In this document: one piece after another, positions 13,414-22,760 of the stretch
Position numbering within the stretch: the stretch's first letter is position 1
How the letters are laid out: the number at the start of each line of letters is the position of its first letter
DNA from: Gemmatimonadales bacterium
GTDB taxonomy: Bacteria; Gemmatimonadota; Gemmatimonadetes; Gemmatimonadales; GWC2-71-9
Reading direction: 5' to 3'
NCBI GenBank assembly: GCA_036501385.1
Contig: DASYAK010000074.1
Location: forward strand, 27,646-91,645
DNA: 64,000 bases
The notes under the pieces: generated by a model
Database searches by the model: none
Seen by the model: the letters and a program-made list of their open reading frames with translations, nothing else
Told to the model about the DNA's origin: nothing
Program-made: the position numbers and the translations under genes

Positions 13414-13435
13414 GGGGGGCGCAAAGGCGCCCCCC
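13414..13435 (+). terminator. Perfect 9-bp GC hairpin after the Tat protein gene
   Basis: GGGGGGCGC-AAAG-GCGCCCCCC, 16 nt after the stop at 13398. No U-tract, so the intrinsic-terminator call is tentative. Confidence 0.35.
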
Positions 13436-13491
13436 AGCTCGCGATCATCCATCGCCGTTCTGCGAACACCGCCCGCCAGGTCAGAGGTCCA

Positions 13492-15504
13492 ATGAACGAA
13501 CCCACTCCGTCGCCGCGAATCGTTTCCCGGCGCGCCTTCGTCGAGCAGGGCGCCGCCGCGGCCGCACTGGTGATGCGTCCGCCGATCGCCGCCTTCCAGA
13601 GTTCGCGCGACGACTTTTCTCTCGCCACGGACGGAATCGAAGCGTACTGGACGCTCGCCGGCGGGTCGTTCCGCGTGACGCGGATCGTCGACCGGATCGG
13701 CAACCGGGTCATCACGCCCGCCAGCGATCCGTTCGTCATCCGGTTGCACGACGGTTCCGCAATCGCCGCATCGGCGATGCGAATCACCGGCGGCCCGCGA
13801 CAGGTCCGCCTCGGCGCGGATCACCACGCCTCCCGCCGCTCGGAACAGCTCGGTGGTCACGCAGTCGAGGTCGACCTCGAACATGCCGCGACCGGGCTGC
13901 GCATCACCTGGCGGGCGATAGGACGGGACGGGTCGCGCTACCTGCGGCAGGAAGCCGCGCTCACCGCGATCGCATCACCAGTGCCGATCGGCGAGATCGT
14001 CTTCCTCGATGTTGAATGCGATGGTGCCGCGGTCGTCGGGTCTGTCAAGGGTTCACCGGTCGTGGCCGGAAATGTCTATTTCGGCTTCGAACACCCGTTG
14101 TCGATGCACGCCGTGAGCGGTAATCGTGTCACGGGCTCGCTCACGCGCGAACTCCCGCTCCGTCCCGGCACCGCGTTCACGGTGTCGTCGGTGGTCGGGA
14201 CGACGGCAACCGGGCAGCTGCGTCGCGACTTCCTGCAATATCTCGAGCGCGAGCGAGCGCACCCGTACCGGACCTTTCTGCACTACAACTCGTGGTACGA
14301 CCTCGGCTACTTCACCAAGTACGACGAGGCCGGCGCACTCGATGTGATTCACCGCTTCGGCGAAGAGCTGCATCGCCGGCGCGGTGTGACGCTGAGTTCG
14401 TTCCTCTTCGATGACGGGTGGGATGATTCGGCCACGCTCTGGCATTTCAACGCCGGATTTCCCGACGGCTTCACCAATCTCCGCCGGGCGGCTGCGCAAT
14501 ACCATGCCGCACCCGGCGTCTGGCTTTCTCCATGGGGCGGATACGGCGATCCGCGGAAGCAGCGCCTGCAATACGGCAAGGCGCAGGGGTACGAAACCAA
14601 CGCCGGGGGCTTCGCGCTTTCGGGGCCACATTACTATCGGCTTTTTCACGACACCTGTGTCGAGTTCATCAGGAAGTACGGCGTCAACCAGTTCAAGTTC
14701 GACGGGACCGGTAATGCTTCGCGCGTCGTTCCCGGAAGCGCCTTTGACAGCGACTTCGACGCGATGATTTCGCTGATTGGCGACCTGCGGCGGGTCGAAC
14801 CCGACGTGTATGTGAACCTCACCACCGGGACTTATCCCTCGCCGTTCTGGCTGCGTCACTGCGATTCGATCTGGCGGGGCGGCGAGGACGACGATGTGGC
14901 GGGAGTCGGGCCCGACCGCGAGCGATGGATCACCTACCGCGACGGCGACACGTACGCCGGCATCGTCAGGAAAGGGCCGCTCTACCCGCTCAACTCGCTG
15001 ATGCTGCATGGGATGATCTATGCCAAGCACAACCGGCGCCTTACCGTCGATCCCGATCACCGGTTCCGCAACGAGGTCCGGTCGTATTTCGGCACCGGAA
15101 CGCAGCTGCAGGAGATGTACATCACGCCGTCGCTTCTCTCCACCGAAAACTGGGACGACCTGGCCGAAGGAGCCAACTGGTCGCGCCGGAACGCCGGCGC
15201 GCTGGTGGACACTCACTGGATCGGCGGTGATCCGGTGAAGCTCGAGCCGTACGGCTGGGCGTCGTGGTCGCCGGCGTCAGCGACACTGGTGCTCCGCAAT
15301 CCGGGAGACTCCGCGCGCTCGATCGACGTCGACCTCGCGGCGGCGTTCGAACTCCCCGAGCATGCGCGCCGCAGCTACCGGCTGTTGGAACCATGGCGAG
15401 ACGCTCGCGCCTCGCCGCCGCTCGAGCTCACCGCCGGCTCGCCGCACTCGTTCCGGCTGGAGCCATTCGAGGTGCTCACGCTCGAGGCGACGCCGACCTC
15501 CTAG
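13492..15504 (+). CDS. Tat-exported putative glycoside hydrolase (alpha-galactosidase/melibiase-like TIM barrel, tentative)
   Basis: Twin-arginine signal IVSRRAFVEQGAAAAALV. FLHYNSWYDLGY and FLFDDGWDD motifs resemble GH27/36-type catalytic barrels. 670 aa. Confidence 0.7.
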   Translation: MNEPTPSPRIVSRRAFVEQGAAAAALVMRPPIAAFQSSRDDFSLATDGIEAYWTLAGGSFRVTRIVDRIGNRVITPASDPFVIRLHDGSAIAASAMRITGGPRQVRLGADHHASRRSEQLGGHAVEVDLEHAATGLRITWRAIGRDGSRYLRQEAALTAIASPVPIGEIVFLDVECDGAAVVGSVKGSPVVAGNVYFGFEHPLSMHAVSGNRVTGSLTRELPLRPGTAFTVSSVVGTTATGQLRRDFLQYLERERAHPYRTFLHYNSWYDLGYFTKYDEAGALDVIHRFGEELHRRRGVTLSSFLFDDGWDDSATLWHFNAGFPDGFTNLRRAAAQYHAAPGVWLSPWGGYGDPRKQRLQYGKAQGYETNAGGFALSGPHYYRLFHDTCVEFIRKYGVNQFKFDGTGNASRVVPGSAFDSDFDAMISLIGDLRRVEPDVYVNLTTGTYPSPFWLRHCDSIWRGGEDDDVAGVGPDRERWITYRDGDTYAGIVRKGPLYPLNSLMLHGMIYAKHNRRLTVDPDHRFRNEVRSYFGTGTQLQEMYITPSLLSTENWDDLAEGANWSRRNAGALVDTHWIGGDPVKLEPYGWASWSPASATLVLRNPGDSARSIDVDLAAAFELPEHARRSYRLLEPWRDARASPPLELTAGSPHSFRLEPFEVLTLEATPTS

Positions 15505-15542
15505 CGCTGTCTACCGCGTCCCGGCGCAACGTACATTGCAGG

Positions 15543-17687
15543 ATGCGTGTCGCCCTCCTGCTGCTGGCCATTCCCTCGCTGCTGAGCGGGCAATCGGTCC
15601 CGTTCATTCCAGGAATGATCATCGCCCGATCGACGCGGATCCGCCCGGGACGATACCTGGCACCGGCCGGCGACTCCGCGGCGCTCACGGTCCGCGGCTC
15701 GGGCATCACGGTGGATCTGTCGGGCGTCGAACTCGTCGACGACAGCGACCGCACGACTCCGGATCGTTTCACCGGGACCGCGGTCCGGATCGACGGCGGA
15801 CACGATATCACGGTGAAGGGGCTGCGGGCCCACGGGTACCGGATCGGCATCATCGCCCGTCGCGTCACGCGGCTGTCGCTGCTCGACAATGACCTGTCGT
15901 ACAACTGGAAGCCGCGCCTCTACAGCGGCATCGAGAAGGAATCGCTGATCGATTGGCTCGACTATCACCACAACGAGCACGACGAGTGGTTGCGGTACGG
16001 GGCCGGGATCTACCTCGCCGACGTGACGATTGGCGAGGTCAAGGGGAACAGGGTGGTGCAGGGGATGGACGGCTTGATGATGGTGCGGTGCACCGGCCTC
16101 CGCGTCTGGAATAACACGCTGTCGTACAATTCCGGCATCGGCATCGGCCTTTATCGCTCCTCGCGCAACTACATCATGCACAACCGCATCGACTGGAACG
16201 TGCGCGGCTATTCCGACACCTTCTACAATCGCGGCCAGGACTCCGCCGGGCTGCTGGTATACGAGCAGAGCAGCAACAATATCGTTGCCTACAACTCCGT
16301 GACACACTCCGGCGACGGGCTGTTTCTGTGGGCCGGCCAGTCGACGATGGACACCGGCATCGGCGGATGCAACGACAATCTCTTCTACGCCAACGATTTC
16401 TCCTTCGCTCCGACCAACGGAATGGAGGCGACCTTCTCCAGGAACGCGTTCGTCGGCAATCGCGTCGACGGCAACTGGCACGGCCTCTGGGGCGGATACT
16501 CTTACGGATCGGTGGTGCTGGGCAACCGCTTCGACGACAATGGCGAAGCGATTTCGATCGAACACGGCCAGGACAACCGCATCGCCGGGAACATCTTCAG
16601 CGGCGACACGGTCGGAGTCCATCTGTGGTGGAATCGGGTCGAGCCGTCGGATTGGGGATACCCGAGACACCGTGACACGCGGTCCCGTGATTACACCATT
16701 GCGGGCAACACCTTCACCGGAGGACGTGTCGGACTGGAAGTCGACAATACCGAGCAACTGCACGCGACGGGAAATGGCTTCCGCGCGGTGGATACGCTCG
16801 TTCGCCAGAGTGGCGACACCGCCGGGTGGCAATTCTCGGTGGCACCCGGAAGGATCGCGCCGACGATCATCCAGGCGCGCTATCGCGTTCCGAGACTCCC
16901 CGGCGGAATCGACGCGATCATGCCGGCTGCCATGCGACGCGGCCGAGCCGCGATCATCGTCGATCAATGGGGCCCGTACGACTGGAAGAGTCCCAAACTC
17001 TGGCCCGCCGGGCGCGACGACGTGTCGCCGATCACGCTGAAAGTGCTGGGCCCACCGGGGCACTGGCGCGTCGTATCCCGTGACGGCATTGCGGCGCTTT
17101 CCGCGGATTCGGGGACGATGTCGCGGACGATTATCGTAACCCCGATACCGGGTCGCGAAGGGGATTTCGGCCTCGACCTCGAATACCGCGGGGCGGCGGT
17201 GACGACACCGTTCGGTGACCGGGTCGCCGCGGGAAAGGCGGTCCGCTTCGGGTGGCATCGCTTCCTTCCGATCGCCACATGGCACGTCACGTTCGTGCCG
17301 TTCGATTCCACACAAACGCGTTCCAGCGATGCCGCGGCGGTGAGCCGCGCTCTCGACGCTGTTCCAGTCGCCGCATTCGACACCAACCGCCTCGATCTCA
17401 CCTGGTATGCTCCGCCGAGCAAGGCGATTCCACAGGCCAGCGTTCTCACTCGTGCCGTTGCAACGATCCACCTGGCACCGGGTCGCTACACTGTCCGCAC
17501 GATCGCCGACGATGCCGTTCGCGTCTACGTCGACGACCGCCTGGTGCTCGACGACTGGATTCCGGGCGAGTCGCATCTCAAGGAGGCATCCTTCGTGGCA
17601 ACCGGGACCGATCACTTCCGCGTCGAGCATCTGCAACGCGACGGCTGGTACGAGCTTCGACTCGACATCGAGGCGGCGGCCCCATGA
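15543..17687 (+). CDS. Secreted right-handed parallel beta-helix repeat protein with C-terminal PA14-like domain
   Basis: Sec signal MRVALLLLAIPSLLSGQ at the internal ATG 15543. Repeated N/G-rich beta-helix turns (NNTLSYNSGIGIGLY, HNRIDWN, NSVTHSGDGLFLW, GNRVDGNWHGLWG). The C-terminus RYTVRTIADDAVRVYVDDRLVLDDW is PA14-like. Confidence 0.75.
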   Translation: MRVALLLLAIPSLLSGQSVPFIPGMIIARSTRIRPGRYLAPAGDSAALTVRGSGITVDLSGVELVDDSDRTTPDRFTGTAVRIDGGHDITVKGLRAHGYRIGIIARRVTRLSLLDNDLSYNWKPRLYSGIEKESLIDWLDYHHNEHDEWLRYGAGIYLADVTIGEVKGNRVVQGMDGLMMVRCTGLRVWNNTLSYNSGIGIGLYRSSRNYIMHNRIDWNVRGYSDTFYNRGQDSAGLLVYEQSSNNIVAYNSVTHSGDGLFLWAGQSTMDTGIGGCNDNLFYANDFSFAPTNGMEATFSRNAFVGNRVDGNWHGLWGGYSYGSVVLGNRFDDNGEAISIEHGQDNRIAGNIFSGDTVGVHLWWNRVEPSDWGYPRHRDTRSRDYTIAGNTFTGGRVGLEVDNTEQLHATGNGFRAVDTLVRQSGDTAGWQFSVAPGRIAPTIIQARYRVPRLPGGIDAIMPAAMRRGRAAIIVDQWGPYDWKSPKLWPAGRDDVSPITLKVLGPPGHWRVVSRDGIAALSADSGTMSRTIIVTPIPGREGDFGLDLEYRGAAVTTPFGDRVAAGKAVRFGWHRFLPIATWHVTFVPFDSTQTRSSDAAAVSRALDAVPVAAFDTNRLDLTWYAPPSKAIPQASVLTRAVATIHLAPGRYTVRTIADDAVRVYVDDRLVLDDWIPGESHLKEASFVATGTDHFRVEHLQRDGWYELRLDIEAAAP

Positions 17688-18319
17688 CGCGGCCACTGAT
17701 CATCGGGATCGTCGGTGGATCCGGGTCGGGGAAGACGACGGTCGCGCGAGCCATCGTCGATGCCGCCGGCGTGCGCGCGGCCGTGCTCGACCAGGACGGG
17801 TACTACAAGGATCTGACCCATCTCCCGCTCGACGAGCGGAGGCAGGTCAACTTCGACCACCCCGATTCAATCGACACCGAACTCCTCGCTAGCCATCTCG
17901 CGGCCCTGGCACGTGGCGAAGCGATCGACAAGCCGGCGTACGATTTTGCGGCGCACACCCGGGCTGCGACGCGAGTACGGGTGGAGGCGGACCCGATCGT
18001 CGTCGTCGACGGGATTCTCCTGTTCGCCGATCGCCGCCTGCGGGATCTGTTCGATATCAAGGTGTATGTCGATGTCGCCGACGACATCCGCTTCATCCGG
18101 CGACTCGATCGCGACGTGGTCGAGCGCGGGCGATCGATGCCCGATGTGATCCGTCAGTATCTCGCCACGGTGCGACCAATGCACCTCGAGTTCGTGGAAC
18201 CGTCCAGGCGGCACGCCGACATCATACTTCCTGGCGGTGGTCACAATCGGATCGCCATCGAGATGATCGTGGCACGGGTGCACCTCGAACTTCAGCAGCG
18301 CGCTCGCGCAAGTGCGTGA
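17684..18319 (+). CDS. udk: Uridine kinase
   Basis: P-loop IIGIVGGSGSGKTT. NFDHPDSID, and the RRLDRDVVERGRS region. The ATG overlaps the upstream stop (ATGA at 17684..17687). Confidence 0.93.
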   Translation: MTRPLIIGIVGGSGSGKTTVARAIVDAAGVRAAVLDQDGYYKDLTHLPLDERRQVNFDHPDSIDTELLASHLAALARGEAIDKPAYDFAAHTRAATRVRVEADPIVVVDGILLFADRRLRDLFDIKVYVDVADDIRFIRRLDRDVVERGRSMPDVIRQYLATVRPMHLEFVEPSRRHADIILPGGGHNRIAIEMIVARVHLELQQRARASA

Positions 18320-19214
18320 GCTGGGCGACGTCATCGCGCGAGCGGCGGCGCTCAAGGATTCCCGCTCGCACTGGACGACCCGTTTCGCGCCGTCGCCGAC
18401 CGGCGAGCTTCACCTCGGCCATGTACTGCATGCGCAATGGGTGTGGGGGATCGCCGCGGCCTTCGAAGCCACGGTGCTGATCCGGGTCGAAGATCACGAT
18501 CGGAGCCGTTGCACCGCCGACTTCGAGCGCTCGATTCTCGACGACCTCGCCTGGCTCGGTTTCGAGGGCGATGCGGAGTCCCGCGCGTCGCTCGAGCGTT
18601 ACCGGTCGCCCTTCCGGCAGAGCGATCACGCCCCGCGCTACGTCGAGTCGCTATCCCAGCTTTGCGCGATGACCGACGTCTACCAATGCACCTGCACGGG
18701 TGCGGCGCTGCCGAGGAATGCGAGTGGCGAACACCGGTATCCCGGGACGTGCCGCGGTACGCCGCTTGACGGACGGAGCGGTGCGACTATTCGTGTCCGG
18801 ATTCCCGACGATGCGGTTACCATCGACGATCTCCAACTCGGATCGCTCATCCAACATCCGCAGGAGGACCAGGGCGACGTCGCGATTCGCGATGCCCGCG
18901 GTCAATGGACCTATCAATTCTGCGTCGTGGTCGACGATCTCCACGATGGCGTGAATCTCGTCGTCCGGGGGGAGGATCTTGCGGCGTCGACGGGGCGGCA
19001 ATTACTCCTGGCACGCATGTTGGGACGTACCATCCCTTTCGTCACGGCGCACCACCCGCTGATTGTGGCACCCGACGGGCGCAAGCTCAGCAAGCGCAAT
19101 CGGAGTGACACGATCCGCGCGATGCGGCAACGAGGAATGAGCCGGGACGACGTCCTCAACGCAGCGGAGTCGGCGCTCCGTACAGCATCCGGTACACCGC
19201 CTCGTTCCGGATGA
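18312..19214 (+). CDS. gluQ: tRNA glutamyl-Q(34) synthetase (GluRS paralog)
   Basis: RFAPSPTGELHLGH (HIGH motif), VVDDLHDGVNLVVRGEDL, KLSKR motif. About 300 aa with no anticodon-binding domain. The GTG start overlaps the udk stop. Confidence 0.9.
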   Translation: MRELGDVIARAAALKDSRSHWTTRFAPSPTGELHLGHVLHAQWVWGIAAAFEATVLIRVEDHDRSRCTADFERSILDDLAWLGFEGDAESRASLERYRSPFRQSDHAPRYVESLSQLCAMTDVYQCTCTGAALPRNASGEHRYPGTCRGTPLDGRSGATIRVRIPDDAVTIDDLQLGSLIQHPQEDQGDVAIRDARGQWTYQFCVVVDDLHDGVNLVVRGEDLAASTGRQLLLARMLGRTIPFVTAHHPLIVAPDGRKLSKRNRSDTIRAMRQRGMSRDDVLNAAESALRTASGTPPRSG

Positions 19215-21438
19215 TCGCCCGCACGTAATCGCGCGTTTCGACGAACGGAATCCGCTCGACGAAGAGGTCGGGATCGTCGATCGGATCGCGGACGTGATCG
19301 GCGCTGCGTCGCTGGCCGTTCAGCGGCGAGATGGTCCAGCTGTCCACTCGGCTCGTGCCGGCGTTGTACGCCGCGACACCGCGCACTACTTCGGGGTATC
19401 GCCGGAGCGCCGCGGCAAAATGATGAATCCCAAAGGCGAGGTTGACTGGCGGGACCCAGAGGAGGGCGGGGTCGAAGTCGGGAAATCCGAGCGTCATCGC
19501 CAGGTCGCGGCCGGTCGATGGCTGGACCTGCATCAGGCCGCGCGCATCGGTGCGCGACGTGGCGTGTGGTTCGAATCCCGATTCCTGGCGGATCACCGAA
19601 GCCACCAGGAGCGGATCCACCGATTCCGACTCGGCCGTCTGCCGCAGTGATTCCGCAAACGGCAGCGGATAGAGGAGACGCCAAAGCGACGCGTCGCGTG
19701 GCGCACCTGCGGTTGCTGCGCGCCCGCCGAGTTGCGTGGCACGCGCCATGAAGCCGTGCGAGAAGAACGCTTCCGCGGTCCGTTCGGCGTTGAGGCCTCG
19801 CGCGTCGGCGGCGATGCGATCAAGCTCGAACCTGGCTTCTGCGTCGAGGCCCAGTGCGCTGAGCCGCGCTGCCCGGGCAAAGATGCCGTCGAGGGAGTCC
19901 GGCGGCGTGGCAGGAACGGTCGTCACTGCGGGCCACGGGATCGTGTCGAGCCGAATCGCCGCGCGCACCGCGTAATAGTTCTCCGGTCCGCGCGCGAGCA
20001 GGGTGCGCCAGGCTGTGCGGGCGTTCGCGGTGTCGCCAAGCTGCCACATCGCCCGTCCGAGCCAGTAGCGGCACGCGTCGGTCTCGAGCGGAACGGTCCG
20101 GCTGTCGAGTGCGCGGGAGAGTTCGCGGATCGCGACCCCGGCATCGCCTCGCTCCAGTGCGATCAGCGCCGCGGTAAGGATGGCGTGCGACCGCTGGATG
20201 CTGCTGGGATAACGAGTGGCGAGCCGGAGGTAGTCGGACCGGGCGGAATCGACCTGTCCGACGTCGATGGCGAGATCGGCGAGGAGGTAGAGGGCGATCG
20301 AGGCCGCCGAGGTATCGGCGGGATAGTGTTCAATCACCTGATGCAGTGCGGTGACCGCGGCGTCCTGCTGGCCAGCACGGAGGAGCGCGCGAGCCCGGAA
20401 ATATGCCGCCTCACCGGCGTAGGCCGCTTCGCCTACGCCCGCAAAGACCTCTGCCGCGTCCGGCCAGCGGGAGACGGCGCCGAGCGCCGTGCCCAGCGCC
20501 ACGCGATCCTGATCGGAAAGCGGACTTTCCGTCGCGGCGCGCGAAAACTGATTCACCGCATCCTGGGGCCGGTTGACGGCGGCGGCCCGGCGTGCAATGG
20601 CGAGACGCGCATCGCGCGTGAACGGCGGATCGATCTGATCAACCAGGTCGAGCGCATCGCGCGCTTCGGTCGCGCTGGTTCCGGTGCGCAGCAGCTCGGC
20701 CAGTCCGGCGGCGATCGCTCCCTTCGCCGAGTCGGTGCTCGCGCCGCGCCATTCCACCTTGAACGCCGCGACGTGGGCGCCGAGCGCGTCGTAGCGCGTC
20801 GCAGCCCCGTCGATGTCGTCAGTGCGATCGCGCGCCAGCGCTTCGGTCCACGGGATCCGCGGCACCGCCGCCGGTAGCGCCACCGACGCATACAACGATG
20901 CTCGCCCCCCGGAATCGGCGGTGACGCCGGCGGCGCGGAGGGCGAGCCAGTCGGCGAGGTCCGGCAGCAGAGCCATCGCGTGCCGGTAGATCACGGCCGC
21001 GCTGTCGAGCTGGTCGATCCGGTCATAGGCACGCGCGAGATCGATCAGACGTCGCGCCTGCTCGTCATTGTCCCGGGTGCTGTCGACGATCACCGCAGCG
21101 CGAGCGTCATCGACCGCGTCGGAATTGCGGAATTGCGCGAGGTCGGCTTCGGCAAGGAGCCGACGTCCGAGGCGATCGAACTGGTTATCGAGCCAACCCT
21201 CGTGCTCGAGAAGCGCTCGAACGGTCGGCCACCCTTCCCAGGCTGCGGCGGCACGCGCGGCGAGAAGAACGACGTCGGGTGTACGGGTCGCCGAAGTGGC
21301 AAGCGACGGCGCCAGCAGCTGGTTGGCGCGCCATGGCTGTCCCGCCGCGAGCGCTGAATCGGCCGCCGCGTACGGCGTCTGTGCCGCTCCGGGCACGGCA
21401 GCGACTGTAACGAGGAAGGCAACGGCCAGGTGACGCAT
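19156..21438 (-). CDS. Soluble lytic murein transglycosylase (Slt70-like)
   Basis: Signal peptide MRHLAVAFLVTVAAVPGAAQ. Long superhelical Ala/Leu-rich N-domain. C-terminal SLT catalytic motif ASVIRQESGFEPHATSRTDARGLMQV and AYNAG. Confidence 0.9.
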   Translation of the reverse strand: MRHLAVAFLVTVAAVPGAAQTPYAAADSALAAGQPWRANQLLAPSLATSATRTPDVVLLAARAAAAWEGWPTVRALLEHEGWLDNQFDRLGRRLLAEADLAQFRNSDAVDDARAAVIVDSTRDNDEQARRLIDLARAYDRIDQLDSAAVIYRHAMALLPDLADWLALRAAGVTADSGGRASLYASVALPAAVPRIPWTEALARDRTDDIDGAATRYDALGAHVAAFKVEWRGASTDSAKGAIAAGLAELLRTGTSATEARDALDLVDQIDPPFTRDARLAIARRAAAVNRPQDAVNQFSRAATESPLSDQDRVALGTALGAVSRWPDAAEVFAGVGEAAYAGEAAYFRARALLRAGQQDAAVTALHQVIEHYPADTSAASIALYLLADLAIDVGQVDSARSDYLRLATRYPSSIQRSHAILTAALIALERGDAGVAIRELSRALDSRTVPLETDACRYWLGRAMWQLGDTANARTAWRTLLARGPENYYAVRAAIRLDTIPWPAVTTVPATPPDSLDGIFARAARLSALGLDAEARFELDRIAADARGLNAERTAEAFFSHGFMARATQLGGRAATAGAPRDASLWRLLYPLPFAESLRQTAESESVDPLLVASVIRQESGFEPHATSRTDARGLMQVQPSTGRDLAMTLGFPDFDPALLWVPPVNLAFGIHHFAAALRRYPEVVRGVAAYNAGTSRVDSWTISPLNGQRRSADHVRDPIDDPDLFVERIPFVETRDYVRAIIRNEAVYRMLYGAPTPLR

Positions 21439-21478
21439 GACGAAAGCTAGGCGGAAGGGGGAAGCAAGTACCCGCTCC

Positions 21479-22723
21479 TCACGCGGACAGGGATCCCGCC
21501 TGCTCGGGGTGAAACTCGCCTTCCCATCGCGCCATCACCACGGCGGCGAGACAGTTGCCGAGGAGATTGATCGACGTGCGCGCCATGTCCATCAGCGCGT
21601 CGACGCCAAGGATCACCGCGACGCCCTCGAGCGGGAGGCCGAACGACGCGAGCGTACCCGACAGGATCACCAATGCCGCCCGCGGCACGGCGGCGACACC
21701 TTTCGAGGTGAGCATCAGTGTCAGCAGCATCAGGACCTGCGTCCCAAGCGGCATGGCGATTCCCGCGGCCTGAGCCACGAACACCGACGCGATGGCGAGA
21801 TAGAGCGTCGACCCGTCGAGGTTGAACGAATATCCGGCCGGGAGGACGAAGGCGACGATCCGCTTGGGAACTCCCATCTTCTCGATGTTCTCCATCGCCA
21901 GCGGAAGGGCTGCCTCCGACGACGCCGTGGAAAAGGCGATGAGATACGGTTCCCGGACGTACTTCCAGAAAAGCCCGATCGGAACGCGAAAGATCAGCGC
22001 GACCGGCACCAGTGCCACCAGCACAAAGACGACGAGCGCCCCGTACAGCGTCAGCACCAGCACGCCCAGATTGCGCAGCACGCCGAGGCCGCTGTGCCCT
22101 ACCGTGACGGCCACCGCGGCGCCGATCCCGATCGGCGCGAATTTCATCACGATGTCGGTGAACTTGAACATCACCTGGGTCAGCGAATCGCAGAACCCCA
22201 GCATCACTTCGCGCGATCGTCCAGGGACCCGGCTGAGTGCCGCGGCGAAGATCACGGTGAAGACGACGATCTGCAGCACTTCGTTTTTCGCGGCGCTGTC
22301 GAAGAACGACACCGGGACCGCGTGGGTGAGGACGCCGGCGAAAGTGACCTTGGTCTGCGCCAGCTGCTGTCCCGCGGCCCCGGTTCCGGTCAGCGCGACG
22401 CCGACGCCGGGCTTCACCAGGTTCACCATCGCGAGTCCGACGATCAGCGCAATGGTGGTGATGACTTCGAAGTAGATCAAGGAGCGGAGTGCCAGCTTGC
22501 CCACTCGCGAAAGGTCGTCGCCGTGCCCGGCGATCCCCACCACCAGGGCACCGAAGATCAGCGGCACGACGATGCATTTGATCAGCGCCAGGAAGATTGT
22601 CGAGAAGGGCCCCAGGATCTGCGCCATGTCAGTCGCTGGCCAGTAGGCGTGGTTGAGCCAGCCGATCGCCACGCCCACGATCATCGACACGATGATCCAT
22701 GTGGTCAGTGAGACCTTCTTCAT
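21479..22723 (-). CDS. Dicarboxylate/amino acid:cation symporter (DAACS family, GltP/DctA-like)
   Basis: MKKVSLTTWIIVSMIVGVAIG start at the internal ATG 22723. Conserved PAGYSFNLDGSTLY and TSKGVAAVPRAALV segments. Confidence 0.93.
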   Translation of the reverse strand: MKKVSLTTWIIVSMIVGVAIGWLNHAYWPATDMAQILGPFSTIFLALIKCIVVPLIFGALVVGIAGHGDDLSRVGKLALRSLIYFEVITTIALIVGLAMVNLVKPGVGVALTGTGAAGQQLAQTKVTFAGVLTHAVPVSFFDSAAKNEVLQIVVFTVIFAAALSRVPGRSREVMLGFCDSLTQVMFKFTDIVMKFAPIGIGAAVAVTVGHSGLGVLRNLGVLVLTLYGALVVFVLVALVPVALIFRVPIGLFWKYVREPYLIAFSTASSEAALPLAMENIEKMGVPKRIVAFVLPAGYSFNLDGSTLYLAIASVFVAQAAGIAMPLGTQVLMLLTLMLTSKGVAAVPRAALVILSGTLASFGLPLEGVAVILGVDALMDMARTSINLLGNCLAAVVMARWEGEFHPEQAGSLSA

Positions 22724-22760
22724 CACGATTCCTTCGTCAGGGTGTGGTCCAGCGCGCCGG

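Noticed and set aside
19561-19585. tRNA-like T-loop sequence GGTTCGAATCCC.
   Set aside because: The flanks do not form a T-stem (only 2 bp pair) or any cloverleaf. The site lies inside the well-supported SLT catalytic domain coding region on the opposite strand.
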